In this document: piece by piece, positions 43,899 to 51,696 of the stretch
How the letters are laid out: each line of letters opens with the position of its first letter
Position numbering within the stretch: the stretch's first letter is position 1
Origin: Acinetobacter phage vB_AbaSI_3
Direction: 5' to 3' (one strand)
DNA: 64,000 nucleotides
Sequence record: PQ382034.1
The notes under the pieces: generated by a model
The model's database searches: none
What the model was told of the DNA's origin: nothing
Seen by the model: the letters and a program-made list of their open reading frames with translations, nothing else
Made by a program: the position numbers and the translations under genes

Positions 43899-43976
43899 TG
43901 GTACATGACCTCGGACTCGAACCGAGAGGCTCTTGTTTCTAAGACAAGAAGGTATACCAATTCCCGTCAGTCATGC
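43899..43976 (-). tRNA. tRNA with anticodon TAG (Leu-type reading, CUA/CUG), short variable arm, enlarged D region
   Basis: Acceptor GCATGAC/GTCATGT + A + CCA, anticodon arm TCTTGT-CTTAGAA-ACAAGA, T arm CTCGGTTCGAGTCCGAG. Confidence 0.5.
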
Positions 43977-43977
43977 A

Positions 43978-44053
43978 TGGTGGATACTGGGAGTGCTTGC
44001 ACCTCCAATCAACTACGTTGTCCGCTGCTTTACTATTTAAGCTAACAGTACCC
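43978..44053 (-). tRNA. tRNA-like element, 76 nt, correct acceptor and ACCA end but non-canonical T-loop and no clear anticodon arm (possible degenerate tRNA)
   Basis: Acceptor GGGTACT/AGTATCC + ACCA. It is packed at 1-2 nt spacing between the flanking tRNAs. The T region GGAG-GTGCAAGCA-CTCC lacks the TTC motif. Confidence 0.3.
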
Positions 44054-44055
44054 AA

Positions 44056-44131
44056 TGGAGACGTCGACTGGACTTGAACCAGCATCGTCACGGATTTGCA
44101 ATCCGTCGTATAACCATTCTACCACAACGTC
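44056..44131 (-). tRNA. tRNA-Cys (anticodon GCA), CCA encoded
   Basis: Acceptor GACGTTG/CGACGTC + T + CCA, anticodon arm ACGGA-TTGCAAA-TCCGT, T arm GCTGGTTCAAGTCCAGT. Confidence 0.65.
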
Positions 44132-44138
44132 TTAAACT

Positions 44139-44213
44139 TGGTGGGCCCAGGGAATTTCGAAATCCCAACCTTCAGATTATGAGTCTGCTGCTCTGCCTTT
44201 GAGCTATAGGCCC
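44139..44213 (-). tRNA. tRNA with CAT anticodon (Met, or Ile if lysidine-modified), CCA encoded
   Basis: Acceptor GGGCCTA/TGGGCCC + A + CCA, D arm GCTCAAAGGCAGAGC, anticodon loop CTCATAA. Confidence 0.7.
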
Positions 44214-44222
44214 ATTTAAATT

Positions 44223-44297
44223 TGGTACTCGTGACCAGAGTCGAACTGGTAACCTAAGACTTTAGAGGTCTCTGCTCTACCATTGAGCTACACGAGT
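44223..44297 (-). tRNA. tRNA with predicted CTA anticodon (amber-reading suppressor-type), canonical cloverleaf
   Basis: Acceptor ACTCGTG/CACGAGT + A + CCA, D arm GCTCAATGGTAGAGC, anticodon arm GAGAC-CTCTAAA-GTCTT (U33 and A37 in place), T arm ACCAGTTCGACTCTGGT. Confidence 0.5.
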
Positions 44298-44345
44298 ATA
44301 AAAGTAACTTTTTAATATCAACTTCTCTTAATTGATATTAAAAAG
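44287..44345. promoter_or_regulatory. 18-bp perfect inverted repeat hairpin (gtaactttttaatatcaa...ttgatattaaaaagttac) at the upstream edge of the tRNA array
   Basis: A perfect 18-bp stem with a 10-nt loop, directly 5' (in the minus-strand sense) of the first tRNA; possibly a processing or attenuation structure. Confidence 0.35.
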
Positions 44346-44381
44346 TTACCTCAATTAAGAGGTAACCCGAGGTAATTCAAA

Positions 44382-44657
44382 TTATTGAACCAAACCTAAT
44401 TGAGCAGCTTCTTCATAATCCGATTGTTCGATAGCATCTAAGATCGTATCAAATGATTCATCAACAATAGTTTGAATGACTTGTCCATTTCGAGCTTCAA
44501 ATGTTACAGCTACTAAGCCGTTTTCATATTGTAAGAGGCCAATGATTTTAGCAGCATCAAGAACAAAACGGCTAACATTTGTGTTTTGTTCAACAGCGCG
44601 AGATACAGTAAGAGCAATGCGAGTAGCCATGATGTTTTCCTTTAAGGTTGAGTACAA
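44382..44657 (-). CDS. hypothetical protein (91 aa)
   Basis: ORF track entry. Confidence 0.4.
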   Translation of the reverse strand: MYSTLKENIMATRIALTVSRAVEQNTNVSRFVLDAAKIIGLLQYENGLVAVTFEARNGQVIQTIVDESFDTILDAIEQSDYEEAAQLGLVQ

Positions 44658-44663
44658 AAATAT

Positions 44664-44879
44664 TTATTCAGCAGTTTTTGAACGTTTTTCAATAATTGCT
44701 GAGATTAATGCAAAAATCATTGAGATTGAAATAAATTTTAAAGATGTTAATCCTAAAGCTTTAATTTCAGCATTAGTCATGAATATACCGAATACCGCAG
44801 TAGTCAATGCAATTACCATGCCAACGAAAAAGATCCAATAGGCAGAAGTTTCAAAAAATTCAATAACTTTAGCATTCAT
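44664..44879 (-). CDS. small membrane protein (71 aa, 2 TM)
   Basis: Hydrophobic segments WIFFVGMVIALTTAVFGIFM and ISMIFALISAII. Confidence 0.4.
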   Translation of the reverse strand: MNAKVIEFFETSAYWIFFVGMVIALTTAVFGIFMTNAEIKALGLTSLKFISISMIFALISAIIEKRSKTAE

Positions 44880-44965
44880 GATAATTTACTCAATGATTTA
44901 TTTGATAAAACTATAATAACACAATTAATTTGCGATGTAAACTGCTTTATGAAATAATTTTCAAA

Positions 44966-45421
44966 TTATGCAGTCCACTCTAAATCAAGATCTTGTACGT
45001 ATTCACTTGCAGCAATAATCGGGTTGCTAATGAAACCTACCTTTGGCAACTCACGTTGTCCAATATCATATGATAGTGTAACATGTGGTTGATAGTCAGG
45101 AAAATCATAAGTTGCACCTAATGCCATTGCATATTTAAAGCGCTCATGAAGATAATCTGAATCAATGAGTATAACAAGAGCTCGTTCACCTGTTTTAGTG
45201 TCAAAAACCTTTAACTCACCGGTAACACCAATTTGTTCGCCTATCAACTGTGGCTGATAAGGAATTTTCACCCGAGAATATGCAATTGTGCAATGCAATT
45301 TGTCTCGCGGGACAGGCTTGTAGAGATCCAATGATTTTTGGATCTCTTGTAACAAGTCTAATGTTTCATCAGCGAAATTGATTGCGGCATAAGTACCTTT
45401 GCCAACTTCACTTAGTTTCAT
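44966..45421 (-). CDS. 2H-phosphoesterase superfamily protein (LigT/CPDase-like), in the gene 57B position
   Basis: Two H-x-T/S-x motifs are present (HCTIAY and HVTLSY) in a 151-aa protein. Confidence 0.5.
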   Translation of the reverse strand: MKLSEVGKGTYAAINFADETLDLLQEIQKSLDLYKPVPRDKLHCTIAYSRVKIPYQPQLIGEQIGVTGELKVFDTKTGERALVILIDSDYLHERFKYAMALGATYDFPDYQPHVTLSYDIGQRELPKVGFISNPIIAASEYVQDLDLEWTA

Positions 45422-45660
45422 TATTCAGCCTCTGGTTCAGCTTTGGCTTCTTCATCACCAACAGCAAGACCAGCTACAGCTTGAACGATTGTATCTAATT
45501 CAAGGTTGCCGGTTTCATCCGGTTGCAAACCTAAAATTTGTGCAATAGATTGAAGTGTTTGAGATAATTGTTGATTGTGCTGATGAAGCGCCTGATTAGC
45601 TTCGATAGCATCTAACAATTTTGCTTTAGTTTCAAGTAATGTTTGGTTAACGTCTGTCAT
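45421..45660 (-). CDS. 57A: tail-fiber assembly chaperone gp57A-like (79 aa coiled coil)
   Basis: Size, low-complexity Q/L/A-rich coiled coil (QALHQHNQQLSQTLQSIAQILG) and position immediately upstream of gene 1. Confidence 0.55.
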   Translation of the reverse strand: MTDVNQTLLETKAKLLDAIEANQALHQHNQQLSQTLQSIAQILGLQPDETGNLELDTIVQAVAGLAVGDEEAKAEPEAE

Positions 45661-46384
45661 TTTGTAATACCTCTGTGTGAAATAAATTCGAAATTTTCTG
45701 TTTAAATTCCTCTAATGTTCCATCATTATGGATGACTGGATCACCTGGTTGCCGCTGAAGTCCTGCTTCAGTAATGTGATTGTCTGTATTAGTGTTAGTA
45801 TTTATACTATCACGCTCTACAAAAATTAATCGTGCGTTGATGAAACGCATAAAATCAATTTCATGTTGTTGACGAATGTCTGTGACAATAAAAATCTTTG
45901 CGCCATTTGCAAATTCGGTGATGTACTGATTCATCATTAAACGAAGCCAGAAATGTTTGTCGTAGTGTTCACAAACAAGATCTGTGCCTAAAATTTGCAT
46001 AAGTCTGCGAACTGTCCACGGCTCTATATTTCTATTGATGCTATTAAAAACACTCAAATAACTTTCGAAACCAGAGGTCAAGTTTTCACGAAGACCGTAT
46101 TGCTCAATGAGAATTTTAATACATTTTCGAAGCCAATCATTTACATCAGAATTTGACAAAATCAACGGAGATTCTCTATCGTATGGAGAGTCGCCATTAA
46201 AATCAGCAAATGATAAGCTTAACCCAGACTTTGTTGAAAGATTCAATTCAGAATAGGTTTCAAATAATACCTTTTTGATGGGCAGAGCAAGTGCATATTT
46301 GACCGCACCTAGCTCTTCTACCATGTAATCAGCCATAGTGTCTTTGCCACTACGTTTCTTACCTACAATAGAAACAATTGTCAT
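45647..46384 (-). CDS. 1: deoxynucleoside monophosphate kinase gp1
   Basis: N-terminal GKKRSGKDTMADY...AVKY.LA.PIK matches T4 gp1 (GVKRSGKDTTADF...AVKYQLAGPIK); 245 aa. Confidence 0.8.
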   Translation of the reverse strand: MTIVSIVGKKRSGKDTMADYMVEELGAVKYALALPIKKVLFETYSELNLSTKSGLSLSFADFNGDSPYDRESPLILSNSDVNDWLRKCIKILIEQYGLRENLTSGFESYLSVFNSINRNIEPWTVRRLMQILGTDLVCEHYDKHFWLRLMMNQYITEFANGAKIFIVTDIRQQHEIDFMRFINARLIFVERDSINTNTNTDNHITEAGLQRQPGDPVIHNDGTLEEFKQKISNLFHTEVLQNDRR

Positions 46385-46950
46385 AAGATTTCTCGTTTGC
46401 CGTTCATTAACATATCCGAAATACTTTTCCGTGTTTCTATTATAACACCATTTTTTTCTACAGTGAAGTAGCTATATTGAAAGGTTACGTTAGCAAAAAT
46501 AGCCGGGTCCGATTCTTCTGTGTAATTGAATTCAAGGTCACCAATAACTTGTGGCCACGCGTCATGATAGTGAATTGACATAAGTGGTGTCGTTTTATCA
46601 TTAGATAATATGTGCAGTGTTATAAATTCTGGCAAGACACCAGGATTAGCACCATTATTGTCATGAGTTAGATAGTTATTGATTGATAGCATCCATGTAT
46701 AAATGTCTGTCCATGCATCTAGATTTTCATCGATTAGCACGCGGCATACCAATGGCTCAAATTCAAATGTTGAACCTGGGCGGTTAGCACGCCCGAGGCC
46801 TTTATTGCCTAGTGCCATATTGACTGTTGGTATACTGATACCCGGGATTAATGCAGATTGGACATTGAGTTTGAAAGCATCGGTGATTTTAGCATCAGGG
46901 ATGTCCAATACAAAGTTAGTTATGTTAGTTTGGTTAAATTGTAGTGTCAT
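46381..46950 (-). CDS. 3: tail tube terminator / sheath stabiliser gp3
   Basis: Position between gene 1 and gene 2, and size (189 aa vs T4's 176). Confidence 0.6.
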   Translation of the reverse strand: MTLQFNQTNITNFVLDIPDAKITDAFKLNVQSALIPGISIPTVNMALGNKGLGRANRPGSTFEFEPLVCRVLIDENLDAWTDIYTWMLSINNYLTHDNNGANPGVLPEFITLHILSNDKTTPLMSIHYHDAWPQVIGDLEFNYTEESDPAIFANVTFQYSYFTVEKNGVIIETRKSISDMLMNGKREIL

Positions 46951-46993
46951 AATGTGCCTTGTTTAAAATTTGATCACTTAGCTTGTTAAGCCC

Positions 46994-47226
46994 TGTGCTT
47001 TACAAAATTTTGATGTTATAATGGTTCTACCGGTTCACCGCTCTAATTATATCTATTCGGTCGGAGAAGATAGAGTTTCAGATGATATAGATGTATCAGA
47101 TGATATAGATGTATCAGATGATATAGATGTATCAGATGATATAGATGTATCAGATGATATAGATGTATCTGATATATCTGCACTGAAAAATACAGAATAT
47201 TGTGCTGCGCACAATGATGCGCAGCA
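46994..47226. repeat. copy B (inverted) of the dispersed element, carrying an internal 18-bp x5 tandem array and a 9-bp-stem GC hairpin (tgctgcgca-caatga-tgcgcagca)
   Basis: 46994-47054 is the reverse complement of 15589-15648 (59/60). The attctgta and gctgcgcag motifs are shared with copy A. The tandem array interrupts the element relative to copy A. Confidence 0.7.
47081..47170. repeat. tandem repeat, 18-bp unit gatgatatagatgtatca x5 (last copy ends ...tct)
   Basis: Five perfect head-to-tail copies read directly from the sequence. Confidence 0.9.
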
Positions 47227-47232
47227 TCTAAT

Positions 47233-48072
47233 TTATTTCTTCCATACTTTTGAGGCTGCAAAACGTTTACCTTGTGATACAAATTGTTGAAGTGGCATCA
47301 GGACTACATTACCCCAATCAGCAGGTTTAATTTCAACGAATCTGCCTTTTACATGAGCAGGCAAATATGCTTTAATCATTACATCAGCGCCATTGAAGCC
47401 TTTAACTTTTGACCAATCAATTTTAAGTACAGTATTATTTGTGATAGTTTTTGTAGATGAATAACTTTTTAATAACTCTTCTAAAAATTGTTGTCGTGCT
47501 TTAGGTGGAATATAATGCAAGTTAAGGCCATGAAATAAAGTTGTGCCAGCAACTTTGGAACGGGACGTTCCTAAAAATATGATAAGTGGATATTTATCCC
47601 AAAATGGTAACTTGTCTTTATGTTTAGCATCATATATGAAAGCATAAAGTTTACCCGGCTGTGGCTTGACCACAGAGTGTCCTCGGACACCTTTAGCAAG
47701 AGTTTCTTTAAACCATTTCTCAGATTTATTGTTTACTGCAGCACCTTCATTACGAATTTTTTCTCGCATCGATTGTCTAAAGCTATTAATCAAAATTGCT
47801 TCACGTTCTTTAGGTGTCAACTTATTTTTAGGTTTGTTCTTAGCCAATTCAGCTGCATAAGCGAGCTTGATTTTATCTCTATAGCGTGTCATGCTTCTAG
47901 TAAAAGTCGCATATGGGATTCCACGTTCTTCGGCAAATGCTTTACCTTGTACGCCTTTAGCTTTGGCCTTGTACCAATCAACACCAATATTAACCCATGC
48001 TAGTTCTTGGCGTGTGATTTTAGGCTGAAGATTTTTTGGCACTTCGGCTTCATCTAATTGAAAAATACTCAT
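47233..48072 (-). CDS. 2: DNA end-protector protein gp2
   Basis: Position (3-2-4 order as in T4), size (279 aa vs T4's 274), basic composition. Confidence 0.65.
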   Translation of the reverse strand: MSIFQLDEAEVPKNLQPKITRQELAWVNIGVDWYKAKAKGVQGKAFAEERGIPYATFTRSMTRYRDKIKLAYAAELAKNKPKNKLTPKEREAILINSFRQSMREKIRNEGAAVNNKSEKWFKETLAKGVRGHSVVKPQPGKLYAFIYDAKHKDKLPFWDKYPLIIFLGTSRSKVAGTTLFHGLNLHYIPPKARQQFLEELLKSYSSTKTITNNTVLKIDWSKVKGFNGADVMIKAYLPAHVKGRFVEIKPADWGNVVLMPLQQFVSQGKRFAASKVWKK

Positions 48073-48080
48073 AATAACTC

Positions 48081-48536
48081 CTAAATTTTCATCCCAAGTT
48101 TCCTGAGTCCTTCTTCCGTCAGTACTCTGAATTTTACATTTCGTTTTTCAGCTAGCGCTTGTGCTGCTTTCCACTTGTCTAAGTTCACTTGCCACGTGTA
48201 GCATTCATTTTCATATCTACGTTTTGCACCGGCGGTCAATTTTGCAGGAGGCTTTGGAGGCATAGTTTCTTTCTTTGGCTTAATTTCAATGAAGAATTCT
48301 TGCCCTTCATGTGTTTTGAACCAAATGTCCATAAAGTAACGACGTTTACGTCCATCTGCATGAGAAAAATATTGGATGACCACCTCTTCACTTGACCAGT
48401 ACTTTACACGAGGATCAGTATCTAACCAGTTGAAGTACCACTTCTCCCATGACGACCTATATGTTACTTTGTCAACATGCCCTTTGTACTTTGACTTATT
48501 TTTGACGATGTACTTACCGCTGTATGCCACATTCAT
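48081..48536 (-). CDS. 4: head completion protein gp4
   Basis: Position adjacent to the divergent gene 53 as in T4; size (151 aa vs T4's 150). Confidence 0.65.
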   Translation of the reverse strand: MNVAYSGKYIVKNKSKYKGHVDKVTYRSSWEKWYFNWLDTDPRVKYWSSEEVVIQYFSHADGRKRRYFMDIWFKTHEGQEFFIEIKPKKETMPPKPPAKLTAGAKRRYENECYTWQVNLDKWKAAQALAEKRNVKFRVLTEEGLRKLGMKI

Positions 48537-48545
48537 ACCTCCATT

Positions 48546-48553
48546 TATAAATA
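48546..48553. promoter_or_regulatory. late promoter TATAAATA (plus strand, for gene 53); a TATAAATG variant lies on the minus strand for gene 4
   Basis: catTTATAAATActt occurs 25 nt upstream of the gp53 ATG. The reverse complement reads TATTTATAAATGGAGGTATGAATG, with SD + ATG of gp4. Confidence 0.5.
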
Positions 48554-48577
48554 CTTTTATTAAAATTTTATTTATAA

Positions 48578-49183
48578 ATGGAGATCGTTGTGATTAATTC
48601 TTACTTTGATCCAGTTCCTTATGCTGCAAAAACAGTTAACATCAATGCTCCAGAAAGATTGATGACTAACATATTCAAAAATTATACTGCGTTTTTTAAA
48701 AATGTTGCATCAAAATACAATCTTATAACATATTATATCCAAGGTGCACCAAGACCTGAAGCATTGTCATATGAGCTCTATAACAACACACAATTTTATT
48801 GGGCTCTAACAATGGCAAATGATTGCTATGATCCTTATCATGATTGGATCAAATCACAAGAAGCATGCTATGAATCAGTTGCACAAATATACGATCGACC
48901 TGAAGAAGTAATAGTTTACCATATTGATGCCAGAGGCGAACGATATTACAATCTTATTCAATACGATGACGAGCCTGGTGTTTGGTACGACAAGGGCGAT
49001 AAAAACAGAAAATATCCGCAATTTAAAGGTGCTTTAGCAGCGGTCAATGCATATGAAGATGCATTAATGGAAAATGAAAAGAAGCGTGAAATTAAAATTA
49101 TTTCACCTACTGATATTGACAACTTTGTTGCAGATTTGATTAAAGAAATGGAGAAGAGCTTAAATGAGACTACAATCAGATGA
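48578..49183 (+). CDS. 53: baseplate wedge protein gp53
   Basis: Position (start of the plus-strand late block, upstream of gene 5) and size (201 aa vs T4's 196). Confidence 0.7.
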   Translation: MEIVVINSYFDPVPYAAKTVNINAPERLMTNIFKNYTAFFKNVASKYNLITYYIQGAPRPEALSYELYNNTQFYWALTMANDCYDPYHDWIKSQEACYESVAQIYDRPEEVIVYHIDARGERYYNLIQYDDEPGVWYDKGDKNRKYPQFKGALAAVNAYEDALMENEKKREIKIISPTDIDNFVADLIKEMEKSLNETTIR

Positions 49184-50948
49184 TGTTAAATGGTGGGTAG
49201 GAGTCGTTGAAGATCGTCTTGACCCATTGCAACAAGGACGTGTCAGAGTACGTGTTGTAGGCGTTCATCCATTTTCAAGGATTCAAGGCGAGTTTTCAGG
49301 GTTGCCAGTCGAAGATTTACCTTGGATGAGTGTACTTTTGCCTGTAACTACTCCAGCAGTAGCAGGTGTATCTGGTGCGGTCACTGGACTCTTGCCTGGT
49401 TCTGGAGTATTTGGTATTTGGCTTGACAAATATAAAACAAATGGGCTTGTTCTAGGTTCATATTCAGGTAATCAAGTTAATATTCCAAATTCTGAAGAGG
49501 GATTCAGTGATCCATCAGGTCAATATCCCGATTATGCTGGGCCTGATAGTTCTGCGCTTAATGCCGGTGGTGCCTATGGGGATGCTGCAGGCGCCAATGC
49601 TAGTCAAAATGCCAACTCATCTACAGGTTTATGGCCTGGAGGAGCAGATATTTCTGGTCCAGACGATTCGCCAAATTTTACTATCGAGAAAATGCTTAGA
49701 GGCGATGAAGGTGTTAAGAACACCGTGTATTGGGATCATTTAGGCTACCCTACTGTAGGAATTGGCCACTTGATTTTATATCGTAAAACACGTGATATGG
49801 GGCTTATCCTTAAAAAGTTATCTAGTGACCTTGGACACTCGGTTGGTGCCACTATTTCACAAGCCGATATCTCTAAATTGTTTGTTTCTGATTTAGGCAA
49901 GACACAAGCTGAAATCAAAAAGAATCGTATTACAGGTCCAGTCTATGCTAAATGCAACCGTTCTAGACAAATGGCACTAGAAAATATGGCCTTTCAAATG
50001 GGAACTGGTGGTCTGGCCAAGTTTAAAAAGTCTTTAGCATTAATGGCAGAAGAAAAATGGGATGAGGCTGCAAAACAGCTTAAAAATTCTTTATGGGCTA
50101 GACAAACTCCAGGCAGAGCTAATCGTGTTTGTATGGTGATTAAGAACGGTAATCTAGGAGCTTATGGTGTTATACCTAGAAAACCACAACCGAATAGTAA
50201 ATCTTTATCTGCTGCTCAGCCACTAAGCATGGGTTTTATGGATAACAATTTTGACCCATATGACAAGTCAGATACAGAAATTTATCCTAATTATGACACT
50301 ACTGAGACTAAGGATGGCATTGATGAAGATCTTAGTGTCCCGTATGTTAGAGAACCGTCAGCCACATTATTTGTAGAGCCAAATAGTTCATATCAAGGAA
50401 ATTATCCTTATGTGCAGGCTCTAACTACTGAAGGCGGTCATTCACAAGAATTTGACAACACTCCTGGGCAAGAGCGTTATCGTATTCGTCATCCATCAGG
50501 CTCATATGTCGAGGTGGCTCCAGATGGAAGAAAGACTGACAAATGCACTGGTGATTTGTACCATTTAACTGAGGGAGACAGAAATGAATTAACTTCTGGC
50601 GAACGCAGAGTTAATGTCGGTGGCAACGAGACATATATCAATTTTGCTGATGTGGTACGCCAAATTGAAGGATCAAACAGCACTAAAATTGCAGCTGATA
50701 ATACTATCGAAGTAGCAGGCAATGAGACGAGAAAAATAACTGGCGATGGCACTATAGAAGTTTCTGGCAATTTAAAAATCATAGTTGCAGCAGATGCTTC
50801 TATTGAAGTTGGTGGCAATGCAAATCTTAAAGTGTCAGGGAATCTAACTTCTAATATTAGTGGAAATTATAATATGACTGTAGGTGGCACATATACTATC
50901 AATTCAGGTACAGTTAATTGGAATGCACCACGTTACAATATGGTATAA
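49164..50948 (+). CDS. 5: baseplate hub / cell-puncturing protein gp5 with lysozyme domain
   Basis: The N-terminus WWVGVVEDRLDPLQQGRVRVRVVG matches T4 gp5 (WFVGVVEDVMDPLKLGRVRVRIVG). The lysozyme motif YWDHLGYPTVGIGHLI is present, as are C-terminal beta-helix VxGNxxxxV repeats. Confidence 0.9.
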   Translation: MRLQSDDVKWWVGVVEDRLDPLQQGRVRVRVVGVHPFSRIQGEFSGLPVEDLPWMSVLLPVTTPAVAGVSGAVTGLLPGSGVFGIWLDKYKTNGLVLGSYSGNQVNIPNSEEGFSDPSGQYPDYAGPDSSALNAGGAYGDAAGANASQNANSSTGLWPGGADISGPDDSPNFTIEKMLRGDEGVKNTVYWDHLGYPTVGIGHLILYRKTRDMGLILKKLSSDLGHSVGATISQADISKLFVSDLGKTQAEIKKNRITGPVYAKCNRSRQMALENMAFQMGTGGLAKFKKSLALMAEEKWDEAAKQLKNSLWARQTPGRANRVCMVIKNGNLGAYGVIPRKPQPNSKSLSAAQPLSMGFMDNNFDPYDKSDTEIYPNYDTTETKDGIDEDLSVPYVREPSATLFVEPNSSYQGNYPYVQALTTEGGHSQEFDNTPGQERYRIRHPSGSYVEVAPDGRKTDKCTGDLYHLTEGDRNELTSGERRVNVGGNETYINFADVVRQIEGSNSTKIAADNTIEVAGNETRKITGDGTIEVSGNLKIIVAADASIEVGGNANLKVSGNLTSNISGNYNMTVGGTYTINSGTVNWNAPRYNMV

Positions 50949-50951
50949 CTT

Positions 50952-51410
50952 ATGGCAAAGATAGTTCCAGCAAGTACTAAATTATCTACAATTATGGAAG
51001 GTGATAACGTTAGTTTCACCTTCTCAGCCGAATTGGCTGCAACAGAAAAATTGGTTAGTTTAAAAATTATACAACACGACTTCCCGTCTTATATTTCTAT
51101 TAATGGCGCAACATTTTCAGGAAAATTTACAAATTTATTCAAACTTCCGCTGAATTCATTAAAATATCGTAAAGGCCTAGAATATGGACAGGCAACAACT
51201 TTCGCTGAGTTACCGCCTAAAGGAACTGCTGACATATATTCGTTTACCACTCCTAATGTTATGTTGAAAGATTTTAATTTAACAGTTCAATTAACGTACA
51301 CCGAAGAAGCAAACCCTACAACCGAATTAAATATAACTATTAGTTATATTCAGCCCGTACAAGGAAATTGGGACACATTTAAACATCAATTTTTAGACTA
51401 TGTGAGATAA
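50952..51410 (+). CDS. hypothetical baseplate-associated protein (gp5.1 position)
   Basis: It sits between gene 5 and the PAAR protein. Confidence 0.45.
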   Translation: MAKIVPASTKLSTIMEGDNVSFTFSAELAATEKLVSLKIIQHDFPSYISINGATFSGKFTNLFKLPLNSLKYRKGLEYGQATTFAELPPKGTADIYSFTTPNVMLKDFNLTVQLTYTEEANPTTELNITISYIQPVQGNWDTFKHQFLDYVR

Positions 51411-51411
51411 T

Positions 51412-51687
51412 ATGGCATCTTTATCATTTGACAAGGCCATGACTACTGGTCACGGGCCATATCCACCTACACAAATAAATTCATCACAATCTAAATTCTT
51501 TGTAGAAAATAAAGCTGCATTAGTAACAGGCGATCTTGCCAATAATCATGGGCATAGTCCTGTTGGTGCATGTATAGCATCTTCAACAAAATTTTTCATT
51601 GGTGGTAAGGCTGCAGTTCAGATAGGTGATCCACTTACAGATGGGGATACCGTTGCACAAGGCAGTTCAAAATTTTTCATAAATTAA
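51412..51687 (+). CDS. 5.4: PAAR-repeat spike-tip protein gp5.4
   Basis: Repeated SKFFVENKAALV / TKFFIGGKAAVQ / SKFFIN PAAR-type repeats with His/Cys ligands; 91 aa. Confidence 0.75.
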   Translation: MASLSFDKAMTTGHGPYPPTQINSSQSKFFVENKAALVTGDLANNHGHSPVGACIASSTKFFIGGKAAVQIGDPLTDGDTVAQGSSKFFIN

Positions 51688-51696
51688 GAGGCATCT

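Noticed and set aside
41689-44297. Global stop-codon (TAG) reassignment implied by the CUA-anticodon tRNA
   Set aside because: All T4-core orthologs in the window have lengths matching T4 when TAG/TAA/TGA are read as stops, and most terminate with TAA. Genome-wide recoding is not supported; a local or conditional read-through role remains possible.
46996-47022. MotA-box-like TGCTTTA-N14-TATAAT on the plus strand in copy B of the repeat as a functional middle promoter
   Set aside because: Orientation is opposite to all flanking genes, and the same element occurs in the other orientation relative to transcription at copy A. Kept only as a note within the repeat finding.
47021-47290. Plus-strand ORF (89 aa) encoding a (DDIDVS)5 repeat
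   Set aside because: It is generated entirely by the 18-bp tandem DNA repeat inside an intergenic regulatory element, opposite to the local gene orientation, with no SD, and overlaps the 3' end of gene 2. Treated as non-coding repeat DNA.
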